Source: Candidatus Babeliales bacterium
GTDB taxonomy: Bacteria > Babelota > Babeliae > Babelales > JANWKD01
NCBI GenBank assembly: GCA_963722075.1
Contig: CAVRJM010000001.1
Location: 1,344,001 to 1,408,000 of the forward strand
Reading direction: 5' to 3'
Length of the DNA stretch: 64,000 nt
The translations under genes and the position numbers were made by a program. Shown here in pieces: positions 20,158 through 28,762 of this stretch (positions are counted from its first letter, which is position 1; every line of letters begins with the position of its first letter). The notes under the pieces are model-generated. The model saw nothing but the letters and a program-made list of their open reading frames with translations, made no database searches and was not told the DNA's origin.

Positions 20158-21117
20158 ATGATAACCGTTGTTGGCGAAGGCGCCTGGGGTACGGCAGTAG
20201 CAACCGTACTTGCTTATAATAGACAAGCAGTCTTTTTATGGTGCAATGATCCGCAAGTAAAAAAAAGTATCGAAACAACACGCTATAACGATCGTTATCT
20301 ACCGGGTGTTTTTTTGTCTGAATTAATTATTCCTGTTACGGATTTACCAGAGGCAATTAGAGAAAGCTTGTGGATTTTTGAATCTACGCCAGTTCAATTT
20401 TTACGTTCAGTACTTAGTTCTCTTGATAAAAAAATTGTTGAAGATAAACGCTGGGTGGTGTTAAGTAAGGGAATAGAGAAAGATACCTTATTATTACCAA
20501 CGCAGCTTATTAATGAACTTTTTAATACTACCAACTATGTAGTGATGTTTGGCCCTAGTTTTGCGCATGAGTTAGCCAAGCAACAATTAACCGCCGTTAC
20601 ATTGGCAACTGATAATGGTGCGCTTGCACAAGAGGTACAGAAAATAGTAACGACCGATTATTTAAAGACATTTATGAGCGATGATATGATTGGTGTGCAA
20701 TGTGCGGGTGCCTTTAAAAATGTACTGGCGCTTATAGTTGGCATACTTGATGGGGCTGGATGCGGTGATAATACCAAGGCATTTGTGCTTACGCGCGGCT
20801 TACAAGAAATAATTCAATTATCTGAGCAGCTTGGTGCACATGCGCAAACCTTCTATGGCCTTGCGGGTATTGGCGATCTGGTGTTAACAGCGTATGGTAA
20901 ATCAAGTAGAAATGTCATGGTAGGTCAAAAAATGGGTAAAGGGCAGAGTCTTGAAATGATATTGCAAGAGACAGGAGCGATTCCTGAAAGTATTAATACC
21001 TTAAAATCTATGCGAGAGCTTATTATAGAAAAAAAACTTACCTTGCCGCTTTTAATGGGTATATATGATATTGTTTTTAATCGATTGAGTGTCGAGCAGT
21101 TTTTGAAAAAGATTTAA
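20158..21117 (+). CDS. gpsA: NAD(P)H-dependent glycerol-3-phosphate dehydrogenase
   Basis: GEGAWGTA, SKGIE, GPSFA, GAFKNV, GIGDLVLT, SRN. Confidence 0.95.
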   Translation: MITVVGEGAWGTAVATVLAYNRQAVFLWCNDPQVKKSIETTRYNDRYLPGVFLSELIIPVTDLPEAIRESLWIFESTPVQFLRSVLSSLDKKIVEDKRWVVLSKGIEKDTLLLPTQLINELFNTTNYVVMFGPSFAHELAKQQLTAVTLATDNGALAQEVQKIVTTDYLKTFMSDDMIGVQCAGAFKNVLALIVGILDGAGCGDNTKAFVLTRGLQEIIQLSEQLGAHAQTFYGLAGIGDLVLTAYGKSSRNVMVGQKMGKGQSLEMILQETGAIPESINTLKSMRELIIEKKLTLPLLMGIYDIVFNRLSVEQFLKKI

Positions 21118-21165
21118 TTTTTATATATTCAGTGCATATTCAAATTTGGTAAATAAATCGCCATT

Positions 21166-21349
21166 GTCATCCTGAGCGTAGCGCGGGAATCCAGAAAATC
21201 CTTGTCGTTGCGAGCTTGTCGAAGCAATCCAGTAGTAAAATATATCATTGTCATTCCGAGTGCGTCCGACTTCGCCAAGGCTTCGCCGGATTCCGTCAAT
21301 AGGCGCGCCTGTCCGGCGTAGTTTTAACGTAGACGGATGGGAATCCATT
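21166..21349 (+). repeat. Three tandem REP-like units, the third composite
   Basis: Units at 21166-21194, 21204-21232 and 21250-21349, each GTC...ATCCA. Confidence 0.85.
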
Positions 21350-21360
21350 AAATAATTAAC

Positions 21361-21547
21361 ATCAAAATTTTTCTATGGCCTAATACCGGCCGGGTATGAA
21401 AATATTGCATGCCCAATATTTTCAATACAAGGGCAAATAAGAGAAGGATCTCTTATTTATCTCTCTTGATCGCAAAAAAGGCCGGCCCTCGCACATCTAA
21501 CGATGTGCTGCAGACCGTTCGACGGTTTTGCTCGAAGGCCATTTGAT
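21361..21547. other. Unassigned multi-hairpin structured segment (candidate ncRNA)
   Basis: Nested stems atggcc/ggccat and ccggcc/ggccgg plus four internal hairpins. Confidence 0.45.
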
Positions 21548-21554
21548 TTTATCC

Positions 21555-21680
21555 ATTGTTTGCAGCCTTCGCTTTGCCAGCTACGGCTGATTCAGTTCCT
21601 ATCCGTCTTTCGCTAAAGCTTCGACGTGACAAGCGTCTTTATCCCACCATAACCTTGGCAACGGCAGAACGGAATGACGA
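21555..21680 (-). repeat. Degenerate composite REP
   Basis: Contains ttcgctaaagcttcg and ccataaccttggcaacgg modules; ends ggaatgacg (reverse complement of CGTC tag). Confidence 0.65.
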
Positions 21681-21754
21681 TATTGCCGTAATTGCTATTT
21701 TTTCTTTATGGATTAGGTTGCATTAAAAGTGGAATAGTTGAATAAATAAAAAGT

Positions 21755-21960
21755 CCGGTAATGCGTCGTGCACCCGAAGTGTTAATGCGGAGCGTTAATC
21801 ACGTGTGGTGCATATACGCATGGGAGAGCAGTCCAGCAGCATGCTGGCGCCATTTTGTCCACGGTATTTTGGGCGAGCAAAATACCGGGCTTGCAGAATT
21901 AGAATAAGATTCAATAGTTTGGGTTGGTTCGCAAGCGATGTCCGCCGAACAAGATCGAAT
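21755..21960. other. Second unassigned structured GC-rich segment
   Basis: Long interrupted hairpin 21761-21821, plus ccagca/tgctgg and cggtattttg/caaaataccg stems. Confidence 0.4.
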
Positions 21961-21999
21961 AATTATTTATTATCTTTATCAATAAATTTAAAAAATAAT

Positions 22000-22443
22000 T
22001 TATTGATACCACTTCTTATAAATGCCAAAACCAGTAGTGCATAATGCAGCTACAATTAATACATCGCCAGGCATTAATCGATGTGATATCCAATTAGTGA
22101 GAATCAAATAGGAATCAGGATATGCGGTACTCCACACGCCATGCATTCGGTTATTACGTTTATAAAAAGGTAGACGTAATTCGGTAAAATTTATATCGTC
22201 AGTATTATGCGGATCATTTTCGATATGTTTTTTAATGCAACGTGCTACCGAATCATCTTCAATCTTGAAGTAGCAATTCCCTTCTTTTCTCTCTTTGCCT
22301 CGATATTCATCGAATAATTGAATGCCATCAATAAAAAGAAAACTGAACGCCTTGTTGCAATAATCCTTAAAAGTTAAGTTAGCGTGTAAAGAAGAAAATA
22401 AAAATATAATGAAAAATAATATTTTATAAAATTTAATATACAT
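22000..22443 (-). CDS. Hypothetical protein (signal peptide, C-terminal TM)
   Basis: ORF track; hydrophobic termini. Confidence 0.65.
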   Translation of the reverse strand: MYIKFYKILFFIIFLFSSLHANLTFKDYCNKAFSFLFIDGIQLFDEYRGKERKEGNCYFKIEDDSVARCIKKHIENDPHNTDDINFTELRLPFYKRNNRMHGVWSTAYPDSYLILTNWISHRLMPGDVLIVAALCTTGFGIYKKWYQ

Positions 22444-22499
22444 ATTAACAATATATCAAAAATTAAGAGTGTTATAAATAGATATATTTGCTACTCTTT

Positions 22500-22593
22500 G
22501 TCATCTTGAGGAGCCTAGCGACGTAAAGATCCAGTAATAAAATAAGAAAAATAATATAACTGGATTCTCACGGCCTAAAGGCCTCAGAATGAC
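22500..22593. repeat. Inverted REP doublet
   Basis: gtcatcttgagg...gatccag, AT spacer, ctggattctcacg...cagaatgac. Confidence 0.85.
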
Positions 22594-22595
22594 AT

Positions 22596-23300
22596 TTAGG
22601 TTACATATAAGTGCACCTGAAATGGTTTCTTTAAATCTAATAATGAACCGGCCAATGGTTTCTGGTCAATAACCTTGCATCTTTTACATTGATGAGTTGC
22701 TTCAGCTGGATGCGCATGAATAATCGTATATTTAATGGAATGCTCATCAAGAAATGATTGTACCTCGGTAACGAGCCGTTGTTTAAATGAAGGCAGTACT
22801 ATTGGTTTATGACTGGTGTCTTGTGAGAGGTATATGATCATACGGTTATCAATGAGCGGTTGATTCGGTTCAGGAATTTGTCCGATACAACTGTGTGCTG
22901 GGTAATGATGCGAAAAATAATGATAACTTACCAGAATATTGTTTTCTGCTGCCATGCGTTCAATTTCATCTTTAGTTTTTTTATGGAAATCGGGAACTAT
23001 TTTTGTGGGTGGTAATTTTGAAATAACTAAAAAAACTGATTGATGAGCACGAATTTTTCGCGCGGGAACAGGAATTTGATTTATAATAGTGCCAGGAACA
23101 AGGGTACTATCTTCTTTTTGGGATAAAACGCGCGCATTAAGATTATGATCAGAAAGAATTTGCAGTGCGTTAGTGAGATTTTTGCCTATTAAGCACGGCG
23201 TTTCAAATGAAGAAGGGCTTAAAAAATAGTAAAAAATAGCATAACTTGCAATAAAAGATACAAAAGGGAAAAACCAAAGAAATCGATTTACATGAATCAT
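22596..23300 (-). CDS. PASTA-domain protein
   Basis: N-terminal TM then three PASTA-like repeats (PCLIG..GTIINQIP, VPDF..QIPEP, LPSF..DQKP); true start ATG 23300 lies downstream of rnpB. Confidence 0.85.
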   Translation of the reverse strand: MIHVNRFLWFFPFVSFIASYAIFYYFLSPSSFETPCLIGKNLTNALQILSDHNLNARVLSQKEDSTLVPGTIINQIPVPARKIRAHQSVFLVISKLPPTKIVPDFHKKTKDEIERMAAENNILVSYHYFSHHYPAHSCIGQIPEPNQPLIDNRMIIYLSQDTSHKPIVLPSFKQRLVTEVQSFLDEHSIKYTIIHAHPAEATHQCKRCKVIDQKPLAGSLLDLKKPFQVHLYVT

Positions 23301-23316
23301 AATAATATGAGAGGTT

Positions 23317-23660
23317 AAAGGTAAGCTTATAAGCCGGATTCTGTACTTTACTAAGTAAAGTGGCAATCATCTATCTAGGCGACATACCCGCATGCTTAAT
23401 AGAACGAAAAACTACATGCTTATTTTGTCTTGCTCCAAGTAGGGTTTACCCCACATAATTCATTACTGAATTATGGCGTACGCTCTTACCGTACATTTTC
23501 ACCCTTACCGCTAATTCTGTTAACGGCGGTTATTTTCTGTGGCACTCTCCATGGATTTACATCCCCCTTAATTGAATTACTCTCTTAAGGTACTTTTTTC
23601 GTTAGGAGTCCGGACTTTCCTCTTTTACCCGAAGTAAAAGCGATTGCCCCGCTTACCTTT
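23317..23660 (-). ncRNA. rnpB: RNase P RNA, bacterial type A
   Basis: Minus strand shows GAGGAAAGUCCGGAC, AGUGCCACAGAAAA, GGUAAACCC, GAGCAAG, ACAGAAUCCGGCUUA and P1 aaaggtaagc/gcttaccttt. Confidence 0.96.
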
Positions 23661-24092
23661 AAATAAAAATTTCAACATACTTGATAATATTACTATATTA
23701 ACACAAATAGTATAAAAAGTATAGGTTTCTATGGGTGTATAATGAAAGAACCAGCCCTTTAAAAAATAGGTAAAAAGCAATACGCATACAAATACCATAT
23801 AGATAGGTATACAGGCATCTTCATAGAGATAAGGTCGAAGATAAAAAATAATTGCTGAAATAATGATCAATGGTAAAAGTGCAATGCCAAAATGATCTAT
23901 TTCTAAAAAAAGCTCAGCAGCAATTAACACGCTTAAAAAAATAATGGAAGGGAATTTAAATGATCCTAACAGTGCGATAGAATAATACGATAATAAAAAA
24001 CAAAAAAATTTTTTTTCAAAAAAACCGTATAAAATAATATCTAGAAAAAAAAATAACAATGCATAGCCATAAAACAATATATTTATTGGCAT
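23625..24092 (-). CDS. Hypothetical membrane protein (possibly MreD-like)
   Basis: 155 aa, about 5 TM segments; 3' end overlaps the rnpB 5' end. Confidence 0.55.
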   Translation of the reverse strand: MPINILFYGYALLFFFLDIILYGFFEKKFFCFLLSYYSIALLGSFKFPSIIFLSVLIAAELFLEIDHFGIALLPLIIISAIIFYLRPYLYEDACIPIYMVFVCVLLFTYFLKGWFFHYTPIETYTFYTICVNIVILSSMLKFLFKGKRGNRFYFG

Positions 24093-24203
24093 AATTATTT
24101 TACCTTATCTCTTTTTAATTTAACGTTATATTGACAAATAATATTATTCAAGTAAATTTTAGTTGTTGTTAAGTTTGATATTTTTTATTATCTAGGAGTT
24201 TAA

Positions 24204-24623
24204 ATGAAAAAACAAATTACCTTAACTGTTCTTGGTGCTATGTTATTTACTGGCTCGGTATTTTCTACAAAAGCTGAAGAACCAACTACTTCTGCAACAG
24301 AAACAAAAGTAGAGACAACGGCGGCGGTTGTTGCTCCTACAGCAGCAAATTCAGGCGCAGAAGCAACAGCAAGTGCGCCGGTAGAACCTAATGCAAGTGC
24401 TACAACTGCAACAAATACCACTGATGCTGCAGCAAGCACAAAAACTGATTCTTCTATCGCTACCAAAACCGAATCTTGGTTAAATAAATTAGGAAGTAAT
24501 TTAAAAACCTATAAATGGCATATCGCGGGTGGTGTAGCTGTAATTGCGGGTGCTTACATAGCATTCAAATTGTACCAAGCATACAACGAAGAAGAAGTTG
24601 AACAAGAAGTACAATTAGTCTAA
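24204..24623 (+). CDS. Hypothetical exported protein with Ala/Thr-rich linker and C-terminal TM
   Basis: AGGAG RBS, signal peptide, low-complexity region; TTGACA upstream at 24131. Confidence 0.8.
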   Translation: MKKQITLTVLGAMLFTGSVFSTKAEEPTTSATETKVETTAAVVAPTAANSGAEATASAPVEPNASATTATNTTDAAASTKTDSSIATKTESWLNKLGSNLKTYKWHIAGGVAVIAGAYIAFKLYQAYNEEEVEQEVQLV

Positions 24624-24692
24624 TTAGTTTAAGACAGTAATACCTGTCAGAATTAACATTATTGTAACTTAACGACAATTATAGAAATTTCG

Positions 24693-24720
24693 ATAGGGTC
24701 GCAGCATGCGACCCTATTTT
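24693..24720 (+). terminator. Rho-independent terminator
   Basis: atagggtcgc-agcat-gcgaccctat followed by ttt. Confidence 0.7.
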
Positions 24721-24727
24721 GGTAATT

Positions 24728-26617
24728 ATGATTCATATACTTCGTTATTTAGCTTTTCTTTTTGTTTTATTCCTTTCGGTTATAACCAGTTTATTTTTCT
24801 TTGTTATTCATCATCATTGGATAGATTTTTCATCATTGGAACAGTATTATCAAGGGAAGCCTTCAATTGTACTTGATGACGAAGGCAAAGAATGGACTCG
24901 CTTTACCTACGATAAACGCAAATCGGTTGATATTACTATGTTGCCTGAGCATGTCATACAGGCATTTATTGCAGCTGAAGATCACAATTTCTTTAATCAT
25001 CCGGGTATTTCATTAAAAGGTATAATCCGTTCATTACTCATAAATGTATATCACGGCAAAATTGTACAAGGAGCAAGTACCATAACGCAGCAATTGGTAA
25101 AGTTACTGTTTACTGATTCACGGCGTACCTTAATGCGCAAATTTAAAGATCAATTTTTGGCGGTATTAGTGGAGCGGCAATTTACCAAAGATCATATTTT
25201 GCAATTATATCTTAATAATATTTGCTTTGGTTGTGGCATTTATGGCATACAAGCTGCCAGTGAACGGTTTTGGAGTAAGCCTGCACATGAATTAACGGTT
25301 GATGAAGCGGCATTGCTGGCAGGGGTTGTTAAAAATCCTTCTCATTATTGCCCGCTTTTATATCCCTTATCTGCCCAAAAAAGAAGATCGATAGTGTTAC
25401 ATTCCATGTTGCAAATGGGTTTTATTACTAAAACAGAATATGAATTATACAAAAATAAATCGTTAGAATTAAATATCCCCCAGATAGCCTGTATTGCACC
25501 ACATTTAAAGGAACATATTCGTATTTATTTAGAAGAAAAAGTTGGTAAAAAGAAATTATATACCGGCGGGTTGATAATTCAAACAACCGTAAATAGTTTT
25601 ATACAAAAAAAGGCGATGGAAATTTTTCATGAACAAATAAAGCTGTTACGTTCCGGTAAAATGAATTGTGTTGATGGTGGTGTTATTACTATTGAAGGAA
25701 AAACCGGGCATATTAAAGCATGTGTCGGCGGTTATGATTTTAATGCTTCGCAATTTAATAGAGCTTTGCAAGCGCGCCGACAACTCGGGTCAATATTTAA
25801 GCCTATTATTTTTACCATTGCCTTGCAGCAGGGAATGAATTTTGCTCAAACAGAATTAGATGAACCTATAGAAGTTGTGCAATCAAATAGCTCATGGAAA
25901 CCACGAAATGCTATACGAAAATTTGAAGGCGAAATGACGTTGGCGCGCGCATTGGCGCATTCCAATAATATTATTCCAATTAAGACCTTATTATCGGTTG
26001 GATTTGATCCGGTGATAGCGCTTGCCCGCAAATGTGGATTACCAGAAAATATTCAACGGTATCCTTCTTTAGGATTAGGATGTGTTGAGGGGACACTTAA
26101 AGAAGCAGTAGGAATGTTTAATGTATTTGCACAAAATGGTATGTATATCGAGCCCTATTGTATACGATGGGTTAAAGATGAATGGGGTACTAAAATTCTG
26201 AATTATAAACCTCAAAAATATATAGTTATTTCGGCACATGAAGTGGGGCAAGTTGCTAAAGTGCTTGCTATTGGTATGGAGCGTGCGCGAAAAAAATATA
26301 AAGATAAAGAATGGCTTGCAACTGAAGCAATTGGAAAAACAGGAACAACCAATGATTCACGAACATGCTGGTTTGTTGGTGCAACACCTGATTTTACGAC
26401 GGCATGTTATATTGGTAATGATGATAATTCGCCGTTAGGAAGTAATGTGTTCGCTGTTTCTACCGGTTTTCCTATTTGGAAGAATTTGCATAAGGTATTA
26501 CCCATCACAAAAAATAAATTTTCCTACGATCCATCCTTAAAGGAAATTATTATACATGCACGAACGGGTCAACCATGTACGGTAAATGATCCGGAGGCAT
26601 TTACTATTTTTGTATGA
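24728..26617 (+). CDS. Class A penicillin-binding protein (PBP1A family)
   Basis: Transglycosylase EDHNFFNHPG and GASTITQQLVK; transpeptidase SIFK, SNN, KTGT. Confidence 0.93.
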   Translation: MIHILRYLAFLFVLFLSVITSLFFFVIHHHWIDFSSLEQYYQGKPSIVLDDEGKEWTRFTYDKRKSVDITMLPEHVIQAFIAAEDHNFFNHPGISLKGIIRSLLINVYHGKIVQGASTITQQLVKLLFTDSRRTLMRKFKDQFLAVLVERQFTKDHILQLYLNNICFGCGIYGIQAASERFWSKPAHELTVDEAALLAGVVKNPSHYCPLLYPLSAQKRRSIVLHSMLQMGFITKTEYELYKNKSLELNIPQIACIAPHLKEHIRIYLEEKVGKKKLYTGGLIIQTTVNSFIQKKAMEIFHEQIKLLRSGKMNCVDGGVITIEGKTGHIKACVGGYDFNASQFNRALQARRQLGSIFKPIIFTIALQQGMNFAQTELDEPIEVVQSNSSWKPRNAIRKFEGEMTLARALAHSNNIIPIKTLLSVGFDPVIALARKCGLPENIQRYPSLGLGCVEGTLKEAVGMFNVFAQNGMYIEPYCIRWVKDEWGTKILNYKPQKYIVISAHEVGQVAKVLAIGMERARKKYKDKEWLATEAIGKTGTTNDSRTCWFVGATPDFTTACYIGNDDNSPLGSNVFAVSTGFPIWKNLHKVLPITKNKFSYDPSLKEIIIHARTGQPCTVNDPEAFTIFV

Positions 26618-26662
26618 TTTTTTTGTAACTTTCTTAAATCAATACAGTATGAATGATCTTAT

Positions 26663-26801
26663 TAATGGATCCAGCCTTCGTTGAAACTTCGGCGGACACA
26701 GTGCCCACGCCTTGTCCGCCATAGCCTTGGCGACGGCGGAAAGCTCGCCATGACGACTGTGATTCCTATTGTCATTCCGAACGAAGTGTGGGAATTCATT
26801 A
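26663..26801. repeat. Composite REP (minus) plus simple REP (plus)
   Basis: 26663-26757 carries two nested GC palindromes; 26771-26801 gtcattccgaacg...gaattcatta. Confidence 0.85.
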
Positions 26802-26954
26802 ATTAATACATCCTTTAATATTCGTTAATATAACTCTTTATATTGTACGGACTTTTTGATGTGATTGCTTGGCCCAAAATTATTAAAATTATTGATTACA
26901 TATCAATAATTTGCGCATGGTTATTAAAAATTGCCACCGTTAAAAAAGGAAATA

Positions 26955-28649
26955 GTGATAATTTTATTATTTTTTTCATTTCTTGCTGGTTTAGTAACCG
27001 TTCTTTCACCATGTATTTTACCAATCTTGCCATTACTGCTTGGAAGTGGTATTGGTCAAGGTCCTTATAAGCCGCTCGGGGTGATTATTGGGTTGATTCT
27101 GAGTTTTTCTTTTTTTACTCTCACCTTAACCGCTCTTGTGGAATTGTTTGGTATTTCACCGGACTTATTACGGTATCTAGCTATTTTTATTATGATCTTT
27201 TTTGGCGTTACCTTGCTTTTTCCAAAATTGGAACAATTATTGGTAAAATATTTTTCAAAAATTGGTCAAATGGGAAGTCTTTTGCAACAAAAATCTGCAT
27301 TTGCGGGTACTGGGCTTTTGAGCGGATTGATATTGGGTGTTGCACTTGGCCTGATTTGGACGCCATGTGCAGGGCCAATTTTAGCTGCAATTTCAACGTT
27401 GGCGGCAACCAGAGCGGTAAGATTTAGTACTGTTTTAATCACCTTATTCTATAGTATCGGCGCTGCCTTACCGATGTTTTTAATTGCCTATGGTGGCAGT
27501 AAAATTATTAAATCAACAAGTTTTTTGAGTAAATATGCTGAATCAATTCGAAGATTTTTTGGATTTTTAATGATTATTGCTGCTTTAGCGATTGCATTTC
27601 ATGGAGATATTATTTTACAACAGATTACGCTTAAATATTTTCCATCAGTAATCATCGAAGATAATGCATTAGTAAGAAAAGAACTTGAAAAGATAACAAT
27701 ACAAGATGAAAAGCGTGGTAAGGGTGAGGATGTTAATGAAAAAGTTCCTGAATTTATAGGTATTTCTGGGTGGATTAATTCAATTCCTCTTTCTATAAAT
27801 GCTTTGCGTGGCAAGGTTGTGCTCGTGGATTTTTGGACCTATAGTTGCATAAATTGTATTCGAACTTTACCGTTTTTAAAAAAATGGTATGCGGCTTATA
27901 AAGATAAGAATTTTGTTATTGTTGGGATGCATACACCAGAATTCGCTTTTGAAAAAATTCCTAAAAATGTTGAGGATGCGGTGAAGCGATTTGGTATTGA
28001 ATATCCTGTTGGGCTTGATGGTGATTATAAAACATGGCAAGCATATCATAATCATTATTGGCCAGCTCATTATCTAATTGATCAACAAGGAATAATCAGA
28101 GAACGTTATTTTGGTGAAGGTCATTATGAGGAAACTGAAAATAGAATTCGTGAATTACTTGGGCTTGGTAAAAAGTATGGCCAAAAGCCATCAGAACAGG
28201 TGAAAAAAGGAGAAACACACGAGATCTATCTTGGCTTTGCTCGCGGGAATAACTATCAACCCGGACAAGTAATTAAGAAAAATCAGTTTGCAGATTATTC
28301 ATATCAACATGCACTTGAAGCAGATCATATTGGTCTTAATGGATTGTGGTATGTTGCGCAGGAATATATTCGATCAGAAAGTGAAATGAGTAGAATTGAT
28401 CTTAATTTTATGGCTAATCGTGTTTATATGGTGATGCAATCTGATAGTGCAGCTGTTATTCAGGTAAAGCTTGATAATCAAGATGTACCAGAAAAATATC
28501 GCTCAGTTGATATGAATGAAAAAGGAGAAATTCTTGTGCATGAACCGCGTATGTATGACATTCTTAATCTTCAAGGTTATAATGGCCGCCATACGTTAAG
28601 CATTATTTTGCCTAAAGGGGTATCACTGTATACGTTTACTTTTGGCTAA
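26955..28649 (+). CDS. dipZ: Cytochrome c biogenesis protein DipZ (CcdA + thioredoxin + C-terminal domain)
   Basis: LSPCILP, WTPCAGP, DFWTYSCINC, HTPEF, FTFG; likely GTG start 26955 after AGGA. Confidence 0.9.
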   Translation: MIILLFFSFLAGLVTVLSPCILPILPLLLGSGIGQGPYKPLGVIIGLILSFSFFTLTLTALVELFGISPDLLRYLAIFIMIFFGVTLLFPKLEQLLVKYFSKIGQMGSLLQQKSAFAGTGLLSGLILGVALGLIWTPCAGPILAAISTLAATRAVRFSTVLITLFYSIGAALPMFLIAYGGSKIIKSTSFLSKYAESIRRFFGFLMIIAALAIAFHGDIILQQITLKYFPSVIIEDNALVRKELEKITIQDEKRGKGEDVNEKVPEFIGISGWINSIPLSINALRGKVVLVDFWTYSCINCIRTLPFLKKWYAAYKDKNFVIVGMHTPEFAFEKIPKNVEDAVKRFGIEYPVGLDGDYKTWQAYHNHYWPAHYLIDQQGIIRERYFGEGHYEETENRIRELLGLGKKYGQKPSEQVKKGETHEIYLGFARGNNYQPGQVIKKNQFADYSYQHALEADHIGLNGLWYVAQEYIRSESEMSRIDLNFMANRVYMVMQSDSAAVIQVKLDNQDVPEKYRSVDMNEKGEILVHEPRMYDILNLQGYNGRHTLSIILPKGVSLYTFTFG

Positions 28650-28762
28650 AGAATAAAACACCAAAACTGTTTTTTTGTAAACCTTCGACAGAACCTAGCT
28701 AAATTAATGATGATTTTTTTAGTATAGGGCCATATAGAATTTGATTTAAAAAAGGATTGCAT

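Noticed and set aside
21121..21348. 75-aa ORF (also 45718-45918 and 21805-22044)
   Set aside because: These are translations of REP or structured GC-rich DNA, with no RBS or protein features
21166..21349. CRISPR array
   Set aside because: Repeats are non-identical, irregularly spaced and dispersed through the window; no cas genes are present
21361..21960. tRNA, tmRNA, SRP RNA or group II intron assignment
   Set aside because: No T-loop/CCA acceptor, SRP GGAA domain or intron domain V recognisable by eye
23301..23366. N-terminal extension of the PASTA ORF
   Set aside because: Overlaps the rnpB 3' end; ATG 23300 gives a normal TM anchor
24200..24466. 88-aa antisense ORF and the other short ORFs nested in long genes
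   Set aside because: Shadow frames of well-supported CDSs
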